DNA from: Octopus bimaculoides
Taxonomy: Eukaryota
Direction of reading: 5' to 3'
Length of the DNA stretch: 64,000 bases
NCBI RefSeq assembly: GCF_001194135.2
Contig: NC_068986.1
Span: 72,848,038 to 72,912,037 of the forward strand
In this document: positions 53,298-64,000 of the stretch, piece by piece
Position numbering within the stretch: the first letter of the stretch is position 1
How the letters are laid out: every line of letters starts with the position of its first letter
The notes under the pieces: generated by a model
What the model saw: only the letters and a program-made list of their open reading frames with translations
Told to the model about the DNA's origin: nothing
Database searches by the model: none
Program-made: the position numbers and the translations under genes

Positions 53298-54034
53298 CTG
53301 TAATATGATTAAACACCAATATGTAGAAACAAAACAATAATGAGCAAATACATTCTTTATAGGTTTACAACACTTCATGTTTGAGACTCTGATGAAGCTG
53401 TAAAGTGTTACTCAGGAGCTCAACTATAAGTCCACAGCATCTTATTGCAGAAACAACTGTAAGCTAATAAGTTCATAAAAAAAATTGTTTATTCTTTTGT
53501 CAGCTCTTTTTTTTTTTTTTAAAGTTTACAAATTATCATATAATCACACACCAAATCAACATTTCAAAACAATTATTCTATGGTAAATGTATAAGGATGA
53601 CGACAAGGTCATAGGAAATTCCAATAGTCAAAATGTAATTATTACTGAAAAATAATTATTACTGTCTCAAGATTACTGTCAAGATTACTTGAGACAGATT
53701 ACTGTCTCAAGTCCTATGGCTCATAGACCCAGTTTCCATGCCATGTAAGTAACCAAGATCACAACATTCCTCTTGAACAGGATGCAAGTCCATTTCAGGT
53801 TTACTCATTTACAGCTAAGTAGACTGAAGCAATGTAAAATGAAGTGTTTTGTTTAAGAACACAATACACTGCTTAGACTAGGAATTGAAACAATGACCTT
53901 GTAATTGTGAGTGCAACACCCTAGCCACTAAGCCAAACACTTTCACATTTAGTAAAAGATAAGTTTGAAATTAATCAAATGATTTTTCTTTTTTTATTTT
54001 AAAATCAACTTAGAAAGAAAAAAATTACTTAGAT

Positions 54035-54364
54035 CAGTGGTTCTCAACCATTTTTTACCTATAGACATCTTTGATTACAGTTTTACTATGATGGAGCCCC
54101 ACAGCCATTTGATGTTTAAGAACTAGTGTTATAAATACTTCTTCTAAAATTCCTATTTCGTTTTCCACACATTGACTTGTGTAGATTGAACTATGTAAAA
54201 CATTTGAGAAAGAAATCTCGCTGCTCTTTACAATAGATAAATCTAAAGCAAAATTTTCCCATGAACAGAAGTATTTCATTATGGATTCCTAATTTTACTT
54301 GTGTGAATTCCCAAAATCTTATATGGAGCCCCTGGGGTCATATGGATCTGGTAGAGAACCACTG
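54035..54364. mobile_element. hAT MITE
   Basis: TIR cagtggttctc/gagaaccactg; TSD acttagat/atttagat (7/8). Confidence 0.85.
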
Positions 54365-55329
54365 ATTTAGATGATGCATGACAGATTCCTACATTATTTT
54401 GTGATTTAAGACCCAATTCATTTATTCCACCAGATTGTTTCACATCAATTTACACAGACATTCAATTAAAAAAATGATATTTTCATTAAAGTTCTGTGTT
54501 CTAATTTCAGACAATGGATAATGTAGTTTTAGAGAAACTGTGCCACCTTCGTTTTAATGATGGTTGGGTGTGATCTGAAGTTTGAATGACTCCATAGAAA
54601 CACCCACATTAGATCATTAGGGATGTTTGTGAAATTTACATGTAAATTTTAGTAAGGCAAATTTAGTGAAATAGAACTAGCTTATAGACTTGGTTTAACA
54701 AAAGCTTACCTCTACTGTAAACATATTAATGTAGGTAGTAATAGTCAGTCCTTAAATGAATTATTAAATTCCCAGAAAGTACTTATTTTATTCCTTTTTT
54801 TTTTTTCACTATTGTATTACTAAGTGGTAGATTTACATCATAATTTAATTAAATTCTTTTAATATATGACACAATAAGTCAATTAAAAATCAATGAAATA
54901 ACTACATTTTGAAAATGCATTTAAGATGAAACAATAAACCATACAAAAGTATGGGAAATATATAATATTCACACAACAGGAACAGTTAAGAGAAAACATT
55001 TAGTCAGTCTGAGCTATAGTAGAAGACACTTGCCCAAGGTGCCATGCAGTGGACTGAATAGGAAACCACGTGGTTGGGAAGCAATCTTCTTACAACACGG
55101 CTACATCTGCACCTATATGGTAGGTTTCCATGTAGCTCCTATCTACCAAATTCACTCTCAAGGTGTCGGTTGGTGTGGGGCTGTATTAGAAGGCACCTGC
55201 TAAAACCATGTAGTTGCATAGTGAACTTGTTAACCATATAGTCATGGTTATGCTTTTTTCAGATATATTTTTATCTGACATGCAGAGCAGATATCTGTGT
55301 GTGTGTGTGTGTGCATACACACATGTGTA

Positions 55330-55386
<57 letters not shown>

Positions 55387-55430
55387 TCATAGATATCTGA
55401 CATCGTCCAGTAACAGATAACTATGTATAC

Positions 55431-55810
55431 TTACTCTTTTACTCTTTTACTTGTTTCAGTCATTTGACTGCAGCCATGCTGGAGCACCGCCTTTAGTCGA
55501 GAAAATTGACCCCAGGACTTATTCTTTGTAAGAATGGTACTTATTCTATCGGTCTCTTTTTGCCGAACCGCTAAGTTACAGGGACGTAAACACACCAGCA
55601 TCGGTTGTCAAGCGATGGTGGGGTGACAAACACAGACACACATATACGACGGGCTTCTTTCAGTTTCCATCTACCAAATCCACTCACAAGGCTTTGGTTG
55701 GCCCGAGGCTATAGTAGAAGACACTTGCTCAAGGTGCCACGCAGTGGGACTGAACCCGGAACCATGTGGTTGGTAAGCAAGCTACTTACCACACAGACAC
55801 TCCTGCACCT
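55431..55810 (-). mobile_element. SINE family A, young copy
   Basis: Near-identical reverse-complement match, ending about 65 bp from the PEX14 donor at 55875. Confidence 0.9.
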
Positions 55811-55875
55811 ATACTTGAGGATAATAATTTATGAACTTCTTTAAGTTGATACAACAATACTTATAACAGGTTTAC

Positions 55876-56049
55876 CTTGAGAAGTTCTTCATTTAATAAT
55901 AACTGCTGCTGTTGTATAGTATCAACAACATCTTGGACTTTCTTCATGGTCTCCACCATATTGTTCTGCATCTCTAAAACACTGTTCTCAATTATTTCCA
56001 TTCTTCTTTCACTTGCTGATTTGATGCCAAAATAAGGTGAAATATACTC
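55876..56049 (-). CDS. PEX14: Peroxin-14 exon, coiled-coil region (EYISPYFGIK...LLNEELLK)
   Basis: Acceptor tcttccag|GAG, donor AAG|GTAAAC, 58 codons. Resembles the human PEX14 segment YLLPLILGG...VQELLIQQQQ (recalled) and splices in frame to the next exons. Confidence 0.88.
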
Positions 56050-57279
56050 CTGGAAGACAAAATACATGTGGAACAAATTATTACTTCTAAAGACAAAAGT
56101 AAGCACATCAGATTACACAGAACAGATCAACATACAAAAAAAACCTACTAAATTGGCAAGATAGACAAACAGATGAGAAATATACTTAACATTTTTAACC
56201 TTTAAACAACGGGAAAGAGTTACATCAATGTCTGTGTCAAAAAGGCAACAAACAAATATCTGTTTATCTTAAGGGTAATTTTTATACTTTTATACATTCA
56301 CTTTAAATAAGTTCAGAAACTATAAAAAATTACAATTTCCTTATCGAAAAGTACCATAAATTATTCAGCATGAATATAAAATCACTTGAGATTCATGCAC
56401 TGTTGTTGTCAAATGAATGCACAAATGGAGAAAAATCAGTGCACCTTTTTCATCCAGAACTAGCTGGAGCACTATGTTGTTCTATGCTATCTATAACAAC
56501 ATCATCATTATCCAGTGGTGGTGGTGGCGACGACAACAACAGTAAGGAAAAACTTCTTCATTGCTGTATAAATCTTCTATTTATGACTTGATTTCTTCTA
56601 GCAATAAGGGTCACTTACACTTGGGTGTGTTTGATGAAGTAAACACATGGACATCAATGGATGATGGACTTACACATGTAAAACTTTTGAAGCACCAATT
56701 GATGATGTCTGCTATTTAAGGGTCATTAAAATAGATTGATAATTAGTACCAATCTATTATACTGTCAACTTAGTAACTTTCAGAAGAATCAGAAGCAAGA
56801 AAAAAGGAAGGAATGGAAGTTAAAAGATATCTGTGTTAAGGGAAACTTGCAAAATGCACAAGATGCCATCTACTACAGTAGAGAGTTGGGGTATAGAGAA
56901 CTATAATACAGAGAACAGATGGAATTCCTAATAAACACTCAGTTTCAAGACATTGACCAATTCTCAGATAAACAATAGGTGACACAGAGTTGTGGAATAA
57001 ATAAAGTAGAATTATAAATGGTGAAAAACTTGGAAGTAGCAGAATAAAGATAGCAAGAATTGATAACAAGGTATATTTAACTAAGAAAGAAGCTGAATAT
57101 AGATTTGATAATGTTCTTCGGTATGAGGTAGAGAGGTATGGAATATTCTAAATTGGAAAGTAGTGCATCTGTATAAATCATTGAGGAGGTGTCTGGAGCA
57201 ACAGTGGTGCTCTTTCCATCAGTGACAGTTTTTTTTTAATACTTCTTAGTCCTAAATAAGGCGACAAGCCATTTAGTGT

Positions 57280-58680
57280 AAGGGACTATGAACAAGAAGA
57301 AATTAAGACATAAGGAATGAATTTAGTTTAGACTTGAAAGAGTTCAGATCATAAGAAGGAGGAAAACAATGAGATGGAAGAGAGTTCCAAAGTCTGGTTG
57401 TTCGAGGAAAGAGGCTATAACAGTAGAAAGGTTCCATGGAAGCACAATAGCATTTGGACAAAAAGATGCTATGAGTTTCAAGTCAGGTGAGATGGTATAA
57501 AGTGATCTGGAACTAAAAGAGGAAGTTCATCAGGACACCTCCTTTTGTATCAACAATAGATAAGACTAAGACTGGTGATGTTATATTGACACGGACTACA
57601 GAGTTGAAGTAAGAGAGAAAACAGTCAAATTAGAGACTCACTTCTAAACCTGGTCAAGGAGATCCAAGAAACAAGATGGTGCATCTACCCAAATATGAGA
57701 ACAGTATTCCATACTACGATGAATTCTGGACTTGTAAAGATATAAAATGGCCTCAGATGTGAGGTAGTCCTTTGATCTATACAACGACCTAGCCTTATGG
57801 GAAGTAGACCTACCAATTGATTGTACGTAAGACCCCAAGAAAGATAAAGTGAAAAAGTAAGACCAAGCAATTTCAAATAAGATCTTTCTTCAAGTGGTTT
57901 GACTCTCTCACCTCAGACCTATAACTCATGTAAATGCAAGGACGGTAAGAATCCCACTTTCCACTGATAAACATGAGTTTGGTCTTGTCATGGTTGAAAG
58001 CTACTAATCACTTCTTGCCTCATTTCTTAACAATCTGCAAATGCACCTGAAGACTACTGGTAAGTTCCAACTATTTCGAGGGAGAGGGATTGCCAGGAAA
58101 ACCAGAATAAAGAGTAATGTCATCAGCTTAAATATTGATGAATTGTAGAACATTGCAGGAAGATCATTGATGTAGAGGAGAGATAGAGTTGGACCAAGAA
58201 TAGTCTTGAGGAACCCCAGTATTGATAGAATACTCAGAAGAAATTACACTGTTCAGAGTCACACATACACGACAACCAGAAAGGAATGACTTGATAATGT
58301 CAAAGACTCTTCCACATACACCATAGGTAGAGAGATTTGAAGTAAAGCAGCATGACAAACCCTATCAAAAGCTTTAAATATATCAAGAGCTAGAGCACAG
58401 CTCTCTTCTGATTTATCCATGAATTAGTTGATACAGTCTGTAGTAACAGTCAGAAGATCAACAGTAGAATGAGAACAAAGAAAGCCATTCTGAACATCAA
58501 CAAGGTGTCCTGAGCTTTCAAGGAACTTAATTAACCTGTTGTTGATGAGCCATTCAAAGACCTTGCTAACAACTGACAGAAGACTAACAGGACAGTATTT
58601 GTTTGGGTTAGAAGGCTCACCATCATTCTTAAAAATTGGGACAACATTAGATACCTTCCAGCAAGATGGAAAACAAGAGA
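57280..58680 (-). pseudogene. CR1/L2/Jockey-group LINE reverse transcriptase relic
   Basis: INTGVPQ, degenerate YADD (I*ADDITL), KLLGLTFS..LSW, LYLYKSRIHRSMEYCSHIW. Confidence 0.85.
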
Positions 58681-59519
58681 AGTATTTCTATACTTGACAA
58701 ACTTTAACCATGAAATTAGAAACTTTCATTTCAGTAAGAAATGAAATTTATTTATTCCTTTTTAGATCATACTTTGAAGCATTTAGAAGTTTGAAAAATC
58801 AACCTAAGAAACTGCTCGAATGTGAATCTAGTTATAAATAAAAGCTCATAATAGCTATTTTTTAAAACTGTTTTATATCCATTACAGGGTGTAGTCCCAC
58901 TGTTAGCCACTCAACCATGAAATAGGAGTGAAACCTATTTTCATCAGTCTGATAAACTAGAGCAACTAATTATACATCTCACTGGAAGGTACAATACAAT
59001 GAATAAAAGAATGTTTGAACTTCTGAAATCCAGAACATCACAAATATTTTGCCTCAGAATTATAAAACAATATTCAAGTTCACCTTATTATTAAAGTCAA
59101 AACTCTAAGTGTCTGGGGAGAGTCATACTACCTTTGTATATAACACCCTCCCAGGTTCAATTTCCACTTATTTATTATTTATCTTTTTTCTTTTTCAAAA
59201 TTTTCATTGCTATTACAACCTTGAGAATCAATATCCATTGACAAGGTTGCAATAGCAACAAAAATTTTGGAAAAGAAAAAATATAAATAATAAATGAGTG
59301 GAAATTGAACTGATGAGTATGTTAGATATTAAGGCAGTATGACTCTCCCCAAACAACAAAATTTGGTTCAATAAATGAATTCATATAAAGAATCTTGTAA
59401 ACCAGATACAGAAACGAAATACTCTAAGTGTATTTTCATTTTCACTCTTTACTGATGGTATACACAGATAAAGACTAAATAACTAAGCTAACGGCAACAA
59501 AATATCTCCTCCTCCATCA

Positions 59520-60230
59520 TCTTCAGTCTCTATCCTAGTGACTTTAAGTTTCCAAAGTAACACATCAACTAAAAATTTGTCTTACTTCACTCACCAAAGG
59601 TATTTCTCTATTGAGAATTACAGCAATTCCAATATTGCTGATTTTGACATGAACAAAACTTTCAACTCTATCTGGTATGAAAAAATTTCTATCTAAGTTG
59701 GTCTATATTTGTTGGGGGGCTACATCTGTTGGTCAACATTTGTTTCTTCTTTCTTGAAGAAGAAATTTCCTGCCAAACAATTGCATTGCAGAATATATAT
59801 CAAAGGTGTTCACTCCACCTCATATTCTATCAACTGTTATATACACCTAAGTCCAGTTATGTCTGCCACAAGTTTCATTCTCTATACCAATGATGTACTT
59901 CTATTGATACAAATGATACCACCCTTAACTTCCTTCTTAACTTGCCACACAATCATCATTCACATGCCTAGACTTGCACAATTTCTATAAGACATGATAA
60001 GCTGGTTTCCTTCAACCCCAATGCAGAAATGTTATATCACAAGACCAAGACAGAATTACAACTAACTGAAGACTAAAGAGCATTAGTAAATACAAACATT
60101 TATACTCACAAAACACCTCACACATCTTTCTTTTTCAACTCCTTTTCTGTTTAACTAGGTTACGATAAACAACAGCTGCAATTTCATCACTAAATTATTA
60201 CCAATCTACTCTCCTATTATTAACCGCTAT
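59520..60230 (+). pseudogene. Older LINE RT relic of similar type
   Basis: DMNKTFNSIWYEK (cf. DFSKAFDRVWH) and SFILYTND (cf. LFLLYIND). Confidence 0.55.
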
Positions 60231-60257
60231 AAATTATTTATGTATACATGTATCTTG

Positions 60258-60578
60258 TGAAGGCACATGGCTTAGTGGTTAGGATATTTGGCTTACTATT
60301 GTAAGATCGTGAGTTTAATTCCTAGCAATGCGTTGAGTCCTTGAGCAAGATACTTTATTTCATATGGCACCAGTCCACTTAGCTGGAAAAACGAGTAGTC
60401 TCTGCAATTCAAAGGGCCAACATTGTCACATTCTGTGTCACGCTGAATCTCCCTGAAAACTATGTTAAGAGTACACAAGTCTGTGGAGTGCTCAGCCACT
60501 TGCACATTAATTTCACAAGCATGCTGTCTTGTTGATCAGATCAACTAGAACCCTTGTTGTAACTGACGGAGTGCCATA
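60258..60578 (+). mobile_element. tRNA-derived SINE family B
   Basis: Head tggcttagtggttagg; body aattcaaagggcc...gtgctcagccacttgcac is the reverse complement of 3130-3270. Confidence 0.75.
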
Positions 60579-60589
60579 CATACATGTGT

Positions 60590-60955
60590 CTTTCACTTGT
60601 TTCAGTCACTGGACTCTGGCCATGCAGGAGTATTGCCTTGAAGAGTTTTAATCAAGCAAACCAACTCCAGAGCTTATTTGTTTAAACTCTGATACTTATT
60701 CTAGCAGACCCTTTAGTTATGAGGACAAACTTATTCTAGCAGACCCTTAAGTTATGGGGACAAACACAAATGCAAAGATACGCATATTTATGACAGGCTT
60801 TCACAGAATTTCCATCTACCAGATCCACTCACAAAGTATCAGTTAGCCCAGGGCTATGGTAGAAGACTCTTGCCCAAGGTGCTGTGCAGTGGGACTGAAC
60901 CCAAAACCATGTTGTTGTAAAGGATGTTTCTTAACCACAAAGCCATGCCTGTGCC
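60590..60955 (-). mobile_element. SINE family A, older copy with ~35-bp internal tandem duplication
   Basis: acttattctagcagaccc occurs twice at ~60694-60765. Confidence 0.7.
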
Positions 60956-62439
60956 TATATATATATGTATATATATATATATATAGTCCATTCTGTAGGG
61001 CGGATGGTGTTAGGAAGGGCATCCAGCTGTAAAAATCAGGCCAAAACAGACACAGAAGGCGGGTGCAGTCTTCTACATGGCCAACTCCAGTCAAACCATC
61101 TAACCCATGATGATGATATATATATATATATATATATATAGCAATGTTAAATCTCTTAACGAGGTATAAACAGTAACTGCACGACAATGTGAAGTATACT
61201 TGCCACTTAAATGCGGCTAAACCCTAAGGGTGAATGTTACTGTTGCTTTTAGCCCCAGGAGAACATCTCCTCCAGCTGGCTATTGACATACATTTGTGTC
61301 CTGTCTGTATTTGCGAAGGGAAGTCATCCTTCCCATCTTGATCACATGATATGCATGGACTCGAGTTTCTGGGTATTTACCCTTCATCAGCTTAATATAT
61401 ATGTATATATATATATATATATATTATAACCAAAAACTTTTATTAAAACACTATAGAGATATCATTTTGCCCCCTTTCTTCCATGAGCCACCCAAAATTA
61501 GCAAAAGGGATATCTAAAAATTCAAAAGCTTTAAAACCAAACAAAATCAAAGAGAAATACCTAAACAATTTAAGCTTAAGGAAATCAATGCATTCATCAT
61601 CTACAACTACTAGAAGTAAAATTGTCAAATTCCCAGAATCTGGAAACTGAATAAAACTATAAAAAATTCAAAAAGTAAATTAACATGATGCAGACTCATC
61701 AGCCTCCTATGCACACACATTCAAAAATTCAATGACTAAACCTTGACATTTCTATCCCTTGCATCTTCTACTCCAGTTCATAACGTGGTTTCATTTAACC
61801 ACCATACAACCACAAACCTATCACAGTAAATACATGATGACTTCAGCAACAAAAAACAAGTCCCACATATGTTACTGTAACTATTATTGACATCAGTAAT
61901 GATAGTTTCAACTCCATTCCTTGCTACCCATACAAAATATAACACAAAATGCTGACTACCAAACTATCCATCAGATTCCCAGGCCTTTATAATAGATAAG
62001 AATTACACTTCAGAAATGGCAATTGCCAGAATAAAGTACTACAGGATTTTCATTCTTTTACCCACATTTTTCAACCTATGTCTACATGACCTTGCCACAC
62101 TTCCACAAAACATACAGACAGCCACATAAATCTCATTCATTCTTTCACCATTCTCCAGAAACTATACAATTACTCAAGGCTTACATAAATCACCTAGAAA
62201 CCTGGTTCCACAACGTGTGAGTGTGTGTGTGTGTGAATGTGTGTGTACACATATACTTACATATATACACATGCATACATACAAACATACATACACATGT
62301 ATGTATGCATTTATGCATGCATGTATATATCACACTAAGTAATGTATACATTTGCCTAAAAAGAAGTAGTCTACATCATTGGATGCAGACAAAGTTTCCT
62401 TCTCTTAGAGAGATCTCTAAACAAAGACTAGGGGTCTCT

Positions 62440-62750
62440 CACTCCCAGCTATTGGATAGCTGTTGATTCTACTGAATGTGAGCATGTCTGACTAAGTTAG
62501 GTAAGGCAGGCCTTAGAAGTCATCAGAGAAGCTACCGACAATGTTAACTATGCATTCTATGGATTCCCTACTTGCAAGGAGTATGGAAAAGAATGTTCAT
62601 CAGGAGACAGATTGAAACATCATATGAAGATTCATCAAAACAATATTGTAGCACTCAATGCAAGAAGTACCTACTATTGTCACGTCTGTGCAAAAGAGTA
62701 TATGTCCCTAGCAGGACTGAAAAGCCACACCCATGCTGCTCTTGTTTAAG
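62440..62750 (+). pseudogene. Degenerate triple C2H2 zinc-finger relic
   Basis: ...KAGLRSHQRS; CKEYGKECSSGDRLKHHMKIH; YCHVCAKEYMSLAGLKSHTH, with stops and a frameshift. Confidence 0.65.
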
Positions 62751-62869
62751 AGAACAATCAAGCAATGACATTACTGGGAATCAAGTTGCAGCTATAATAT
62801 ACTCTTCCATTTTTCCCTGAGCATCAAACTAATATACTTTGTTGTTCCCTACAATTTTGAACTATTCTT

Positions 62870-63082
62870 TTATTCTTTTACTTGTTTCAGTTATCTGATT
62901 GCGGCCATGCTGGAGTACTGCTTTTAATTGAACAAACTGACACTTATTCTTTGTAAGCCTAGTACTTATTCTATTGGTCTCTTTTGCTGAAACACTAAGT
63001 AAAGAGGACATAAACACACCAACATTGGTTTTAAAGCGATGGTAGTGGAATAAACCTGACACACACACACACACACACACAT
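62870..63082 (-). mobile_element. SINE family A, 3' half (runs into gap)
   Basis: cttttacttgtttcag...aaacacacc match. Confidence 0.75.
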
Positions 63083-63311
63083 ANNNNNNNNNNNNNNNNN
63101 NNNNNNNNNNNNNNNNNNNNNNNNNNNNNNNNNNNNNNNNNNNNNNNNNNNNNNNNNNNNNNNNNNNNNNNNNNNNNNNNNNNNNNNNNNNNNNNNNNNN
63201 NNNNNNNNNNNNNNNNNNNNNNNNNNNNNNNNNNNNNNNNNNNNNNNNNNNNNNNNNNNNNNNNNNNNNNNNNNNNNNNNNNNNNNNNNNNNNNNNNNNN
63301 NNNNNNNNNNN

Positions 63312-63980
63312 TAGCAATTAGAAAATGGAGGAGAATATGCTGTACTCAACGACTTGCAGACATTGTATTCCGTTGAATTAATTAACTTAATTTGTAACTA
63401 AAATGACAAAAACCACAAAATACAAATGTTTATGACAAACCATGTTATATTGACAATCGGGGTTACAAATATAAAGTACATTAGGAATTTGAGAATAAAC
63501 ATAAACTTACAGCTGTTTCAGCTTAGCGTTGGCATGCCCCATTCTATCTGAATAGCTACTGCCGGAGTAATTAGCAGATGAAATGCTGAAATGGGGGTAC
63601 ATGCACAATTCGCTAGGCCTCTTCAGAGATTCACATGGGGGTAAGGCAGGCCTTAGAAGTCATCAGAGAAGCTACCTAGTGAATCGTGCATGTACCCCCA
63701 TTTCAGCATTTCATCTGGTAATTACTCCGGCAGGAGCTATTCAGATAGAATGGGGCATGCCAATGCTAGGCCGAAACAGCTGTAAGTTTATGTTTATTCT
63801 CAAATTCCTAATGTACTTTATATTTGTAACCCCGATTGTCAATATAACATAGTTTGTCATAAACATTTGTATTTTGTGGTTTTTGTCATTTTAGCTACAA
63901 AATAAGTTAATTAATTCAACGGAATACAATGTCTGCAAGTCGTTGAGTACAGCATATTCTCCTCCATTTTCTAATTGCTA
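63312..63980. mobile_element. Long inverted repeat (~306-bp arms), probable Penelope-like element terminus
   Basis: 63312-63617 is the near-perfect reverse complement of 63675-63980 and carries a hammerhead. The left edge is an N-gap. Confidence 0.7.
63503..63631 (-). ncRNA. Type I hammerhead ribozyme with long stem II insert, Penelope-like
   Basis: Minus strand reads AAUCU-CUGAAGA-GGCCUAGC...GCUAAGCU-GAAA-C-AGCU-GUA-AGUUU. The opposite arm has GCUAGGCC-GAAACAGCUGUA, the perfect stem II partner. Confidence 0.65.
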
Positions 63981-64000
63981 TATAAATTTAGGGTAAAATA

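Noticed and set aside
53385-53465. Further hammerhead candidate (CTGATGAAGCTGT...GCAGAAAC)
   Set aside because: Stem II does not abut GAAA and no stem I was found. The CTGATGA matches at ~43882 and ~46295 also lack GAAA.
56400-56720. Upstream PEX14 exons near two GTAAGT donors
   Set aside because: Translations show no PEX14 N-terminal or WRDY/transmembrane motif and frames are closed.
9084-63349. Long ORFs in the track made of X, or of YI/CV/HT repeats
   Set aside because: They are translations of N-gaps and (TA)n/(CA)n/(TG)n microsatellites or SINE bodies, not genes.

Overview
AT-rich, repeat-dense animal genomic DNA with scaffold N-gaps and (TA)n/(CA)n microsatellites. The SINE families and general character suggest an octopus/coleoid cephalopod (inference, not searched). 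Two host genes converge. On the - strand are three 3' coding exons of PEX14 (56049-55876, 53297-53203, 42952-42634); its 5' exons were not found in the window. On the + strand is an unrecognised 3-exon gene of about 284 aa (11052-11106, 19198-19788, 21378-21586). The rest is mostly transposon debris: three tRNA-derived SINE families, RTE, L1/Tx1-like and CR1/L2-like LINE relics, hAT, piggyBac-like, mariner and maT DNA elements, a Helitron helicase relic, and a miniature LTR element with a tRNA-Trp primer-binding site. The main discovery is three unrelated inverted-repeat elements (23403-23667, 45385-45870, 63312-63980) that each carry a minimal Penelope-type hammerhead ribozyme core with a palindromic stem III. 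One is fused to a tRNA-like Pol III head; another has a 37-bp piece of neighbouring DNA captured at its centre. Several near-perfect hairpins and short locally templated insertions were also seen. All folds and alignments were done by eye.
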